The position numbers were made by a program, and so were the translations under genes. A model generated the notes under the pieces. The model was not told the origin of the DNA. It searched no databases and worked only from the letters and a program-made list of their open reading frames with translations. Below, in pieces: positions 30,140-37,586 of a stretch of DNA of 64,000 nucleotides (its first letter is position 1; each line of letters starts with the position of its first letter). This stretch comes from Candidatus Harrisonbacteria bacterium CG10_big_fil_rev_8_21_14_0_10_40_38. Lineage in GTDB: Bacteria > Patescibacteriota > Minisyncoccia > UBA6257 > 1-14-0-10-40-38. The stretch spans positions 34,739 through 98,738 of the forward strand of contig PFAZ01000009.1 in assembly GCA_002773535.1 (NCBI GenBank), read 5' to 3'.

Positions 30140-30610
30140 ATGAAATTTTTACTGCTATTATTTCTGATTCAGCCGTTAGTTTTTTATACAACTGTTGTTT
30201 TTGCTTCAAATAGTTTGGGTCAAATTTCACAATCAGCAGGAGGTGGAGGGACATTGCCCGGACCAGGAGGATCAGCAGGAGGTGGAGGGACATTGCCCGG
30301 ACCAGGAGGATCAGCAGGAGGTGGAGGGGCATTGCCGCCAAAAGGCGGTTCCGGAGGAGTTCCGACAATAACGCCATCAAAATCACTTGAAGATATTTTA
30401 GATGATCTTACAAGATATGCTACGGGCATTGCTCTTGCGGTTGCTGGACTGACGATAATATATGCAGGGTATTTAATACTTTTTGCGGGAGGTGATCCGG
30501 GAAAGTTTGCGGAAGGGATGAGAGTGATACGTTATACGATAATCGGAATTATTGTGATATTCCTATCTGCGGCAATTGTTGCTATAGTTAAGAGGATAAT
30601 TATTGGATAG
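30140..30610 (+). CDS. TrbC/VirB2-like pilin, paralog 2, with a Gly-rich tandem repeat
   Basis: 156 aa. Signal peptide, then a GGGGTLPGPGGSA x2.5 repeat, then the same two-helix pilin core (AGLTIIYAGYLILFAGGDPGKFAEG...IIGIIVIFLSAAIVAIV). Confidence 0.55.
   Translation: MKFLLLLFLIQPLVFYTTVVFASNSLGQISQSAGGGGTLPGPGGSAGGGGTLPGPGGSAGGGGALPPKGGSGGVPTITPSKSLEDILDDLTRYATGIALAVAGLTIIYAGYLILFAGGDPGKFAEGMRVIRYTIIGIIVIFLSAAIVAIVKRIIIG
30236..30340 (+). repeat. 39-nt tandem repeat (about 2.6 copies) encoding GGGGTLPGPGGSA
   Basis: gcaggaggtggagggacattgcccggaccaggaggatca repeated head-to-tail. Confidence 0.8.
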
Positions 30611-30644
30611 AAAGGTCGAGTTTGTTTAGATTTTATTTTGATTT

Positions 30645-30998
30645 ATGGATCGATCTTTAGTTAAAAAGATTTTTGGAGTAGTTGCCGTTTTTGTTCTAGC
30701 AGGCGCTCCCCTTCTTGCGTCTGCCCAAGTTGATTTTCAGGGGCCGGCACCTCAAGCAGATGAGTCACTCATTGGAAAAACTATTGATAGAATATTTAGT
30801 TTTGCGTTTGGAATCCTTTTGGTTGTCGCGGGTCTTATGATTCTATATGCGGCTTTCCTATACCTTCAGGGTGGAGCAAATGAAGCAAACGTAACAAAGG
30901 CAAAAAATTATATTTTGTATGCGGTTATCGCTATAATTGTTGCATTTCTATCGAGAGCGCTTGTTGCTTTCATAAATAGCACAATTCTTGGAAATTAG
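30645..30998 (+). CDS. TrbC/VirB2-like pilin, paralog 3
   Basis: 117 aa. Signal peptide ...LLASAQV. Core FGILLVVAGLMILYAAFLYLQGGANEANV...IAIIVAFLSRALVAF. Confidence 0.55.
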   Translation: MDRSLVKKIFGVVAVFVLAGAPLLASAQVDFQGPAPQADESLIGKTIDRIFSFAFGILLVVAGLMILYAAFLYLQGGANEANVTKAKNYILYAVIAIIVAFLSRALVAFINSTILGN

Positions 30999-31014
30999 TT
31001 GATTGGTTTTAGTA

Positions 31015-31076
31015 AAAAACCTCTGCTTAGCGCAGAGGTTTTTGTTTTTAAAAAACCCCGCTCAAAGAGCGGGGCC
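31015..31076. terminator. pair of hairpin terminators (convergent genes)
   Basis: AAAAACCTCTGCTTAGCGCAGAGGTTTTTGTTTTT (plus strand) and AAAAAACCCCGCTCAAAGAGCGGGGCC (serves the minus-strand gene). Confidence 0.7.
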
Positions 31077-31568
31077 TTGCACGGATTCAGTCATGGTAAT
31101 TTGCCCTTTACCATAACCATCCGTACAGATGAACCTAAACGTGTTTGACGGTAATTTGCCGTCGGGAAATGTTCTGAGTAGAGAATTGAATGAATTTGCG
31201 GCGTTCTCATGAAGAGTGCCGTCCATCCACCACAATTTGAAGTGGTCACTGGGCATTTTCACCATAGGCGTTGCGCCTCTTGGACCCGTGAACGCGACTG
31301 TCGGTTTGTTGAGCGTAGCATCAAATTCGACAGTTTCCCCGATTTTCACATATATGATTTTTGGGGAGTCAGTCCATGGGATTTTCTCTATCACAGGCTT
31401 TCCCTGCGATGGAGAATGAGTTGGAGAGGTTAAAGTTACCCGCGGAGCTACGTCAGTAGACTTGCTATACTTGGAGCCGACAAAAATGATTGCGCCTCCA
31501 AGTATAGCCATACCGATAGCGAATGAGGAGCCGAAGAATGACTTTTTTTCACCGGCGATGTGTGTCAT
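31062..31568 (-). CDS. hypothetical membrane-anchored protein
   Basis: 168 aa with an N-terminal TM helix (FAIGMAILGGAIIFVG). Confidence 0.4.
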   Translation of the reverse strand: MTHIAGEKKSFFGSSFAIGMAILGGAIIFVGSKYSKSTDVAPRVTLTSPTHSPSQGKPVIEKIPWTDSPKIIYVKIGETVEFDATLNKPTVAFTGPRGATPMVKMPSDHFKLWWMDGTLHENAANSFNSLLRTFPDGKLPSNTFRFICTDGYGKGQITMTESVQGPAL

Positions 31569-32464
31569 TACTCCTTCCCTTTCAAAACTTTGATGATAGC
31601 AGGGATGTCTATACCACTTATGTCGATGTGGCTAGATTTTCTTTTTTCGCTCTCTCCCAGCGATACTTCCGAGGCCACGATCGCCTGCTGTGGAGTGACG
31701 CCCTTGTAGATGTATTCATCTATAAGGCGGAGCTTTGATTGTGCGGCATCTGCCCGAGCTTCGTTTTGCTTTTTTTGCTCTAGGGCTTTTGTTGTTGCCT
31801 CCCCAAAACTGACATCTGCTAGGGCAAATCTGTGAATCTCAATACCAAAAAGGCGTTCTATATCGGAGATTTCACGCTCTGATTTTAAGGGTTCGTCCTC
31901 CATGTTTTTCTTCTTTTTCCCATTTGTTTTTACTTCGAGTGCCTCTCTTACGCCATCTCTATTGTCATTGTAGTATGCCAACCATTCCCCAGGGGCTTTG
32001 TTTATGTGTGGGGGGGTTTCCAAACGAAGAACTGCGTTTATAAGGAGATCTATAGCTTCTCTTTCACGAATGAAATCGCTTCCTCCTTTTTGCCCGGCAA
32101 CAATTCCTAAAATGGATTGGACTGTTTCACCCATTCCTCCTCTAATTGAATCTTCAGACCTTTGAATGAAGGTTTTTAGGAGCCTTCTATCTGGTTGCCA
32201 AAGTATGGAGCCTTTAACCCTTACCTCAAATTGGTCGTGGGCTAGAAATGTTTCATCGATAGGCGTCCTTTCTTGTTTGTATTCAAATAATTGAACTTTT
32301 TCGATAAATGGGATTATGAAGCGGAGTCCTTCTTTGAGAACTCTACCAGTTCTTCTACTGAACCGAAGGACCAATCCATAGTTGACTGTAGGAATGATAA
32401 TGATTGATGGAAATGTAATAGCTATAAGTACTGCAATGATTCCAATAATCATTAGCCAATTCAT
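31568..32464 (-). CDS. SPFH/band 7 family protein (HflC/prohibitin-like)
   Basis: 298 aa. N-terminal TM helix, then the SPFH core VNYGLVLRFSRRTGRVLKEGLRFIIPFIEKV..., and a coiled-coil C-terminus. Confidence 0.7.
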   Translation of the reverse strand: MNWLMIIGIIAVLIAITFPSIIIIPTVNYGLVLRFSRRTGRVLKEGLRFIIPFIEKVQLFEYKQERTPIDETFLAHDQFEVRVKGSILWQPDRRLLKTFIQRSEDSIRGGMGETVQSILGIVAGQKGGSDFIREREAIDLLINAVLRLETPPHINKAPGEWLAYYNDNRDGVREALEVKTNGKKKKNMEDEPLKSEREISDIERLFGIEIHRFALADVSFGEATTKALEQKKQNEARADAAQSKLRLIDEYIYKGVTPQQAIVASEVSLGESEKRKSSHIDISGIDIPAIIKVLKGKE

Positions 32465-32622
32465 GCTACTCTCCTTTTTATTCCTGGTGTTTCTGCTGAT
32501 GAAATTGGGAAGGTTCTACTGATTTATGTTTAGCATATTTTACTTAAAAAGTCAAATAATTGCTATTTATATAAAGTAATAGCCCCGAGGTCTTTTTTGA
32601 CTTCGGGGCCATGAGCCGGAAC

Positions 32623-33741
32623 TCAGCTATTGATTCTATCCTTCACTTCACTCCAGTTTTTGATGATGATTCTTCCGCTTCCGCTTTCTTGTGAAGTTCT
32701 GAGACGAAAGCTGAGTGGCTCACCTATTGCCTTATATTCTTTTGACTCTGTTATCTCTCCAAGTAGATTCGGGACTATGTACCCACGAATTGAAGGATTA
32801 ATTGGAGCGAACCACCAATCGAAAAACCCTGAAATTCCCTCGATGCAAAGTTTTACGTTGCCGCATCCTTGAGGGATTGTGAAATAACGGTCTGTGAACT
32901 CGCTAGTCTCAAAGACAAAGGATGTGACTTCTTGTTTTAAGACACATTCTTCCGCGCCAGATTCCCATTCTTTGCTGTCTAGTCTTGAGAGAATTACTTC
33001 TCTTTCACTAGTGGGCATATCTGAACCGCTGCCGAAATCACTAGCCCCCGATGAACCGGTGGCTCCATCGGCAGATGGATTGGCTGACTCAGGAGGCGTG
33101 GTTGGCTCAGGCGCTTCTTTTTCTTTCGAGATAACGCCTTCTGCCTTTTCGATCAGGGGGTTGGCAATTTTGCTTAACTCGCCTAACGAACCGAAGTTCG
33201 CGATGGCGATGAGAATCACGATGAGAAGAAGTAATCCTGCGAACCACTTGAAGAGATTGAGGCTTCCTGATGATGAAGGCGATCTCTCTCTTGCCTCCAT
33301 GGCGCTTATGATATCGCTCGTCGTTGGAAGTTTGCCAACAAAATTTTTGGCAACTTCCTCGGACATCGCGAGACCCGCATTTGGAATGTGGACGCAGATG
33401 GGCGACGGAGTAATCACCGTCGGCGACTCTGTTACGGGCGGTGACTTTCTTTCATCATTCTTGGAATCTTCTGTATCTGCCATGGGTTGCCCCTCCTCTT
33501 TTTTTTCTTTCTTTTCTTCCGTTTCTTCCGAGCTTGTTGGTTTCGGTGACTCGTCGTTTGTATCTTCCGATATGAGCGGACGAAGTTCGTCGGCAATACC
33601 GGATGACTTGAGAAAGATTTTCGATCCTTCGTCACCAAGCGCTTCTCGGTGTTTTTTAAATCCCGCGAAAACAGCTTTCAGTGACTCATTTAGAGTATTC
33701 GGTCCTGTGGTGAGATCTGGCTTTTCGCCTTCGCTACTCAT
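32623..33741 (-). CDS. hypothetical membrane protein with a Ser/Glu/Lys-rich N-terminal region
   Basis: 372 aa. Low-complexity region KKEKKEEG, a central TM helix (FAGLLLLIVILIAIANFG), and a C-terminal domain. Appears co-oriented with the SPFH gene as an operon. Confidence 0.45.
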   Translation of the reverse strand: MSSEGEKPDLTTGPNTLNESLKAVFAGFKKHREALGDEGSKIFLKSSGIADELRPLISEDTNDESPKPTSSEETEEKKEKKEEGQPMADTEDSKNDERKSPPVTESPTVITPSPICVHIPNAGLAMSEEVAKNFVGKLPTTSDIISAMEARERSPSSSGSLNLFKWFAGLLLLIVILIAIANFGSLGELSKIANPLIEKAEGVISKEKEAPEPTTPPESANPSADGATGSSGASDFGSGSDMPTSEREVILSRLDSKEWESGAEECVLKQEVTSFVFETSEFTDRYFTIPQGCGNVKLCIEGISGFFDWWFAPINPSIRGYIVPNLLGEITESKEYKAIGEPLSFRLRTSQESGSGRIIIKNWSEVKDRINS

Positions 33742-33939
33742 ATTAAATCCCCCTTTTTTATTGCGATGGGTTTTGTTCTGATTTGGAAAGGAACGTGGAT
33801 ATTATGATACACTTAAATCAGTCAATAGTCAAATCAAAACCTTGAAAACTATTATCGTTGCATGATTTACTTTTATCTATGCCTTCTGGTGGTTTACCAG
33901 TCGGCAGATGATAAGCTATATTTAGGTACGTTTTATATT

Positions 33940-34021
33940 GCCCTCGTGGCGGAACTGGCATACGCGCATGGTTTAGGACCATGTCCCGAAAGGGTTAGAG
34001 GTTCAAATCCTCTCGGGGGCA
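33940..34021 (+). tRNA. tRNA-Leu (anticodon UAG)
   Basis: GCCCTCG acceptor stem paired with CGGGGGC. D-arm GTGGCGGAACTGGCATACGCGC. Anticodon stem CATGG/CCATG with loop TTTAGGA. Long variable arm. T-arm AGAGGTTCAAATCCTCT. Confidence 0.85.
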
Positions 34022-34025
34022 CAAT

Positions 34026-34979
34026 CTATTTTTTATCTCTTCGCCTTGCGTGAAACGCGCGGTGGATGTCTTTAAGCTCCTTGTTTGTAAGGTGGGTGTA
34101 CACTTGTGTTGTTGAGATATGACTATGCCCGAGGAGTTCCTGAACCGATCTTAGGTCAGCGCCATTTACAAGAAGATCTGTTGCAAAGAGATGTCTGAAA
34201 CTGTGCGGCGTTACACGTGAGCCAACACCTGCTTTTCTGGCGTATTTTGTTACCAAGCGTTCAACAGAGCGCGGAGAAATTTTTCCCATAACGCTCCCCT
34301 GTTTTGAAATACTAATAAACAGCGCCTCTTCTGTGTCTACTCTTTTTTTTAGATATTCTTTAATTGATTCTTTAGCGCCGTCGGAGAGAAAAACTACGCG
34401 GATTTTACTCCCCTTTCCTCTGACACTTACCTCTCCCCGATCAAGATCGATGTATCTGCCAAGACTGCAGAGCTCGGAAAGTCGAAGACCTGTAGAAAAT
34501 AATGTTTCTAAAATTGCTCTGTCGCGAAGTGAGCGGAGGTTTTTTCCCTCTGGTGAATTTAATATTCTTTCGAGATCTCGGGCATCGAGCATCTCGATTT
34601 CTCTATCCGGTAGTTTGGGAAGCTCAACTTCATCTGGCGCTGCTGGTGTGTGTCCTTTTTTAATCAGGTATCTTAAAAAATTTCTGATGGCGATAGCATA
34701 ATAACTTTGGGTGCTTTTTTTGAGCTCAATCCCTTCTTCTGTTTTTGATCTTGCAAGCTTAAGACGAAAATTTCTGATAGTGTCTACCGTTATATCGCTT
34801 GGCTTAGATATGTTTTCCTCTTTGAAAAATCTTTTAATATATCTATCATAGTTATCCCTAGTGCGAAGGGATCTATTTTTTTCTATCTCAAGATAATCAA
34901 GATATTCTTTTAGAGATTTTTCTGCTTCTGTCATAGTTGTCTTATATATACATATAAGTATACGACAATGGTGAATCAA
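34026..34979 (-). CDS. tyrosine-type site-specific recombinase (XerC/XerD family)
   Basis: 317 aa. N-terminal core-binding domain. C-terminal catalytic motifs HSFRHLFAT, LLGHSHISTTQVYTHL. Its 3' end abuts tRNA-Leu. Confidence 0.8.
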   Translation of the reverse strand: MIHHCRILICIYKTTMTEAEKSLKEYLDYLEIEKNRSLRTRDNYDRYIKRFFKEENISKPSDITVDTIRNFRLKLARSKTEEGIELKKSTQSYYAIAIRNFLRYLIKKGHTPAAPDEVELPKLPDREIEMLDARDLERILNSPEGKNLRSLRDRAILETLFSTGLRLSELCSLGRYIDLDRGEVSVRGKGSKIRVVFLSDGAKESIKEYLKKRVDTEEALFISISKQGSVMGKISPRSVERLVTKYARKAGVGSRVTPHSFRHLFATDLLVNGADLRSVQELLGHSHISTTQVYTHLTNKELKDIHRAFHARRRDKK

Positions 34980-34991
34980 ATTTTATTTTTG

Positions 34992-35021
34992 TTGACCCGA
35001 AACTGATAAGCCACGTATAAT
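34992..35021 (+). promoter_or_regulatory. sigma70-like promoter upstream of ftsH
   Basis: TTGACC (34992-34997), 18 nt spacer, TATAAT (35016-35021). Confidence 0.5.
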
Positions 35022-35093
35022 ACCAGTGCGTCAAGTGGTTCTTTGTCACAGACACTTGTGCGCTTTTGTTTACTTATTCCATCACGAAGAATT

Positions 35094-36929
35094 ATGAAAT
35101 TACTATATAAAAATATTTTTTGGTCAATTACCACTCTTTTAATCATAGCTGTGCTTTTTTCTCTTTTACTGGAAGGCGGACAGAGTAAGGACACAATCAC
35201 TTTAAATAAGCTTGCTGAGAGAATAAATCAGGGAGATGTTGAGAGAATCATAGTTACTGGCAATGAGCTTGATGTTGATTTTAAAGATGGAACAAGCGCG
35301 GTTTCACAAAAGGAACCCGGTGTGAGTGTTACGGAACTTTTTGCGAGTTACGGCGTAGATCCAGAAACTCTTAGGTCTTTTTCTTTAGAAATAAAAGATG
35401 AGTCTGGAACACAATTTTGGCTTGGAGTTCTTATACCAACTCTTCTTCCTGTAATTATTATCGTGATTATTTTCTGGATAATATTTAAACAGGCGCGCAC
35501 GGGGTCATCACAAGTTTTCAGTTTTGGGAAATCAAACATAAAACTTTCCTCGCCACATAAAGACAGAGTGACATTCGCAGACGTAGCCGGACTTGAAGAG
35601 GCAAAGCAGGAGTTAGAGGAGGTTGTTGATTTTCTAAAGCATCCGAAAAAATTCCTTGACGTTGGAGCGAAGATCCCACGCGGTGTGCTTCTTATGGGAA
35701 GCCCAGGAACTGGAAAGACTCTTCTTGCCAGAGCTACTGCAGGAGAAAGCGGAGTCCCCTTCTTTCATATTTCCGCTTCAGAATTTGTTGAAATGTTTGT
35801 AGGCGTAGGAGCGTCTAGAACACGCGATGCGTTTGCTACTGCAAAAAAAGCGGCGCCATCAATCTTGTTTATAGACGAAATTGATGCGATTGGACGGGAA
35901 CGCGGTGCTGGACTTGGCGGTGGGCACGATGAGCGCGAACAAACTCTTAATCAGATACTTGTAGAAATGGACGGATTTGATAGAGATACAAAGGTTATCG
36001 TAATGGCGGCAACAAACAGGGCTGATATTCTTGATTCCGCCCTTCTTCGACCGGGACGTTTTGACAGAAGAGTTGTTCTTGATTTACCAGACTTAAAAGA
36101 CCGTGAAGCAATTCTTAAAATTCACGCAAAAGATAAACCGCTTGATGACAAGGTTGAGCTTAAGGTTGCGGCTATTAGAACCCCCGGCTTTTCTGGCGCT
36201 GACCTCGCAAATTTGATTAACGAAGCGGCAATTCTTGCGGCGCGTAATAATAGAAAAACTATTATTCAAAGCGATGTGCTTGAATCTATTGAAAAGGTGC
36301 TTCTTGGTCCAGAAAGACGTGGTCGTGTGATTTCAGATCGCGAAAAAAAGATTACAGCTTATCATGAGGCTGGACACGCACTTGTTACCGCAAGTCTTAA
36401 AGACTCTGATCCGGTACATAAAATATCTATTGTGAGTCGAGGACGAGCCGGTGGATACACGCTTAAGTTGCCGAGTGAAGATATGCATCTTAGAACACGA
36501 TCCCAATTTTTGAGCGATCTTGCAATCATGATGGGTGGATACAGCGCTGAAAAAGAAGTCTTTGGAGATATATCTACAGGAGCTTCAAATGATCTTCGTG
36601 AAGCGTCATCTTTGTCTCGAAGACTCGTTACTAAATATGGTATGAGTGATTTAGGTCCAATCACGTTTGGTAAATCCGAAGAGATGGTTTTCTTAGGAAA
36701 AGAAATTGCTGTTGATAAAGACTATTCAGAGACAATTGCGACAAAGATAGATATCGAAGTTCAGAAGTTTATTAAAATGGCTCACATGGCGGCAGAAAAA
36801 ATCGTATCAACTCACCGCGCTGTTCTTGATGCAGTTGCTAAAGCTCTTCTTGAAAAAGAAACTCTGGAGCAGGAGGAGTTTTATGAAATCATAAAAGGAT
36901 TTGATTTGAAACAAATATCGGTTGCGTAA
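35094..36929 (+). CDS. ftsH: ATP-dependent zinc metalloprotease FtsH
   Basis: [18 protein letters not shown] (Walker A), SRF motif, HEAGHALV zinc site. The ORF track starts at 35043; the likely start is ATG 35094 ([10 protein letters not shown]...). Confidence 0.9.
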   Translation: MKLLYKNIFWSITTLLIIAVLFSLLLEGGQSKDTITLNKLAERINQGDVERIIVTGNELDVDFKDGTSAVSQKEPGVSVTELFASYGVDPETLRSFSLEIKDESGTQFWLGVLIPTLLPVIIIVIIFWIIFKQARTGSSQVFSFGKSNIKLSSPHKDRVTFADVAGLEEAKQELEEVVDFLKHPKKFLDVGAKIPRGVLLMGSPGTGKTLLARATAGESGVPFFHISASEFVEMFVGVGASRTRDAFATAKKAAPSILFIDEIDAIGRERGAGLGGGHDEREQTLNQILVEMDGFDRDTKVIVMAATNRADILDSALLRPGRFDRRVVLDLPDLKDREAILKIHAKDKPLDDKVELKVAAIRTPGFSGADLANLINEAAILAARNNRKTIIQSDVLESIEKVLLGPERRGRVISDREKKITAYHEAGHALVTASLKDSDPVHKISIVSRGRAGGYTLKLPSEDMHLRTRSQFLSDLAIMMGGYSAEKEVFGDISTGASNDLREASSLSRRLVTKYGMSDLGPITFGKSEEMVFLGKEIAVDKDYSETIATKIDIEVQKFIKMAHMAAEKIVSTHRAVLDAVAKALLEKETLEQEEFYEIIKGFDLKQISVA

Positions 36930-36940
36930 AATAATAAAAA

Positions 36941-36968
36941 ATGACCCGCTTAGCGGGTCGTTTTTTTA
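36941..36968 (+). terminator. rho-independent terminator after ftsH
   Basis: GACCCGCTTAGCGGGTC followed by TTTTTTT. Confidence 0.8.
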
Positions 36969-36990
36969 TTGTTTAATTTATTTGTTTTTT

Positions 36991-37204
36991 TATTTATTTG
37001 TGAGCCTGCCTGGAATCTCACGCGCTCCGCAATGCGGGGCTTTTAAAACCCCTCGGTTTTAATGTTTCCGCCACGGTAAAACAAGTGTTTTCCCGACCCC
37101 TGCCTGCCGGCAGGCAGGCCTTTCCTGTTCGAATCGCATTCAAATAATTTTTATAAGATAGATCCTGTTAAGTAAAAATATATTTATTTGTGCGCCTGCC
37201 TGGA
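36991..37204. repeat. 24-nt direct repeat of the tRNA 3' end (36991-37014 and 37181-37204, one mismatch), flanking a decayed tRNA-like remnant and a 20-bp perfect palindrome
   Basis: tatttatttgtgAgcctgcctgga versus tatttatttgtgCgcctgcctgga. The sequence between them contains GATTCCAGGCAGGCTCAC (a degenerate tRNA T-arm/acceptor read on the minus strand), the palindrome cctgcctgccggcaggcagg (37099-37118), and GGGGCTTTTAAAACCCC. Confidence 0.6.
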
Positions 37205-37262
37205 TTCGAACCAGGGGCCAATGCCTTATAAGAGCACTGCTCTGCCACTGAGCTACAGGCGC
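37191..37262 (-). tRNA. tRNA with an Ile-type anticodon loop and anticodon UAU (putative tRNA-Ile reading AUA)
   Basis: Read on the minus strand: GCGCCTG TA GCTC AGTGGCA GAGC A GTGCT CTTATAA GGCAT TGGCC CCTGG TTCGAAT CCAGG CAGGCGC A. The loop CTTATAA gives anticodon UAU. The loop is identical to the E. coli tRNA-Ile(GAU) loop except at position 34. Confidence 0.75.
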
Positions 37263-37444
37263 GAATTTTTTTGTATTCTAAGTGTACGACGATATTTAAA
37301 AGCCTTCAAGTTCTTTAAAAAATGTTTTCAAAATTAATATGCCTGTTAGCAAATGTGCATAACTTTGCCTATTGCCGAATGTTGCCGATTTGCCTTATTC
37401 TAGTTAGCTTTTTTGACTATCTGCTTTTTTTATTTTCTCGCTGT

Positions 37445-37473
37445 TTGCACACTTTATCCACAGGCAGTATAAT
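37445..37473 (+). promoter_or_regulatory. sigma70-like promoter for tRNA-Val; the spacer contains a perfect DnaA-box 9-mer
   Basis: TTGCAC (37445-37450), 17 nt spacer, TATAAT (37468-37473). The spacer includes TTATCCACA (37454-37462). Confidence 0.55.
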
Positions 37474-37491
37474 CGAGTATATTCATATCTT

Positions 37492-37563
37492 GGGCGCTTA
37501 GCTCAGTGGCAGAGCGACTCGTTTACACCGAGTAGGCCGTGGGTTCGATCCCCTCAGCGCCCA
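37492..37563 (+). tRNA. tRNA-Val (anticodon UAC)
   Basis: GGGCGCT paired with AGCGCCC. D-arm GCTCAGTGGCAGAGC. Anticodon stem ACTCG/CGAGT with loop TTTACAC. T-loop TTCGATC (one T-stem mismatch). Confidence 0.8.
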
Positions 37564-37586
37564 CAAAACAATTCTCAAATATTTGT

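Noticed and set aside
30138-30429. Two minus-strand ORFs (82 and 69 aa) rich in P/L/H
   Set aside because: They are antisense reading frames of the Gly-rich tandem repeat within pilin paralog 2.
32894-33781. 295-aa plus-strand ORF, Ser-rich
   Set aside because: It is antisense to the 372-aa minus-strand gene 32623-33741, which has a TM helix and sits in an operon context with the SPFH gene. The plus-strand frame is low-complexity and lacks start context.
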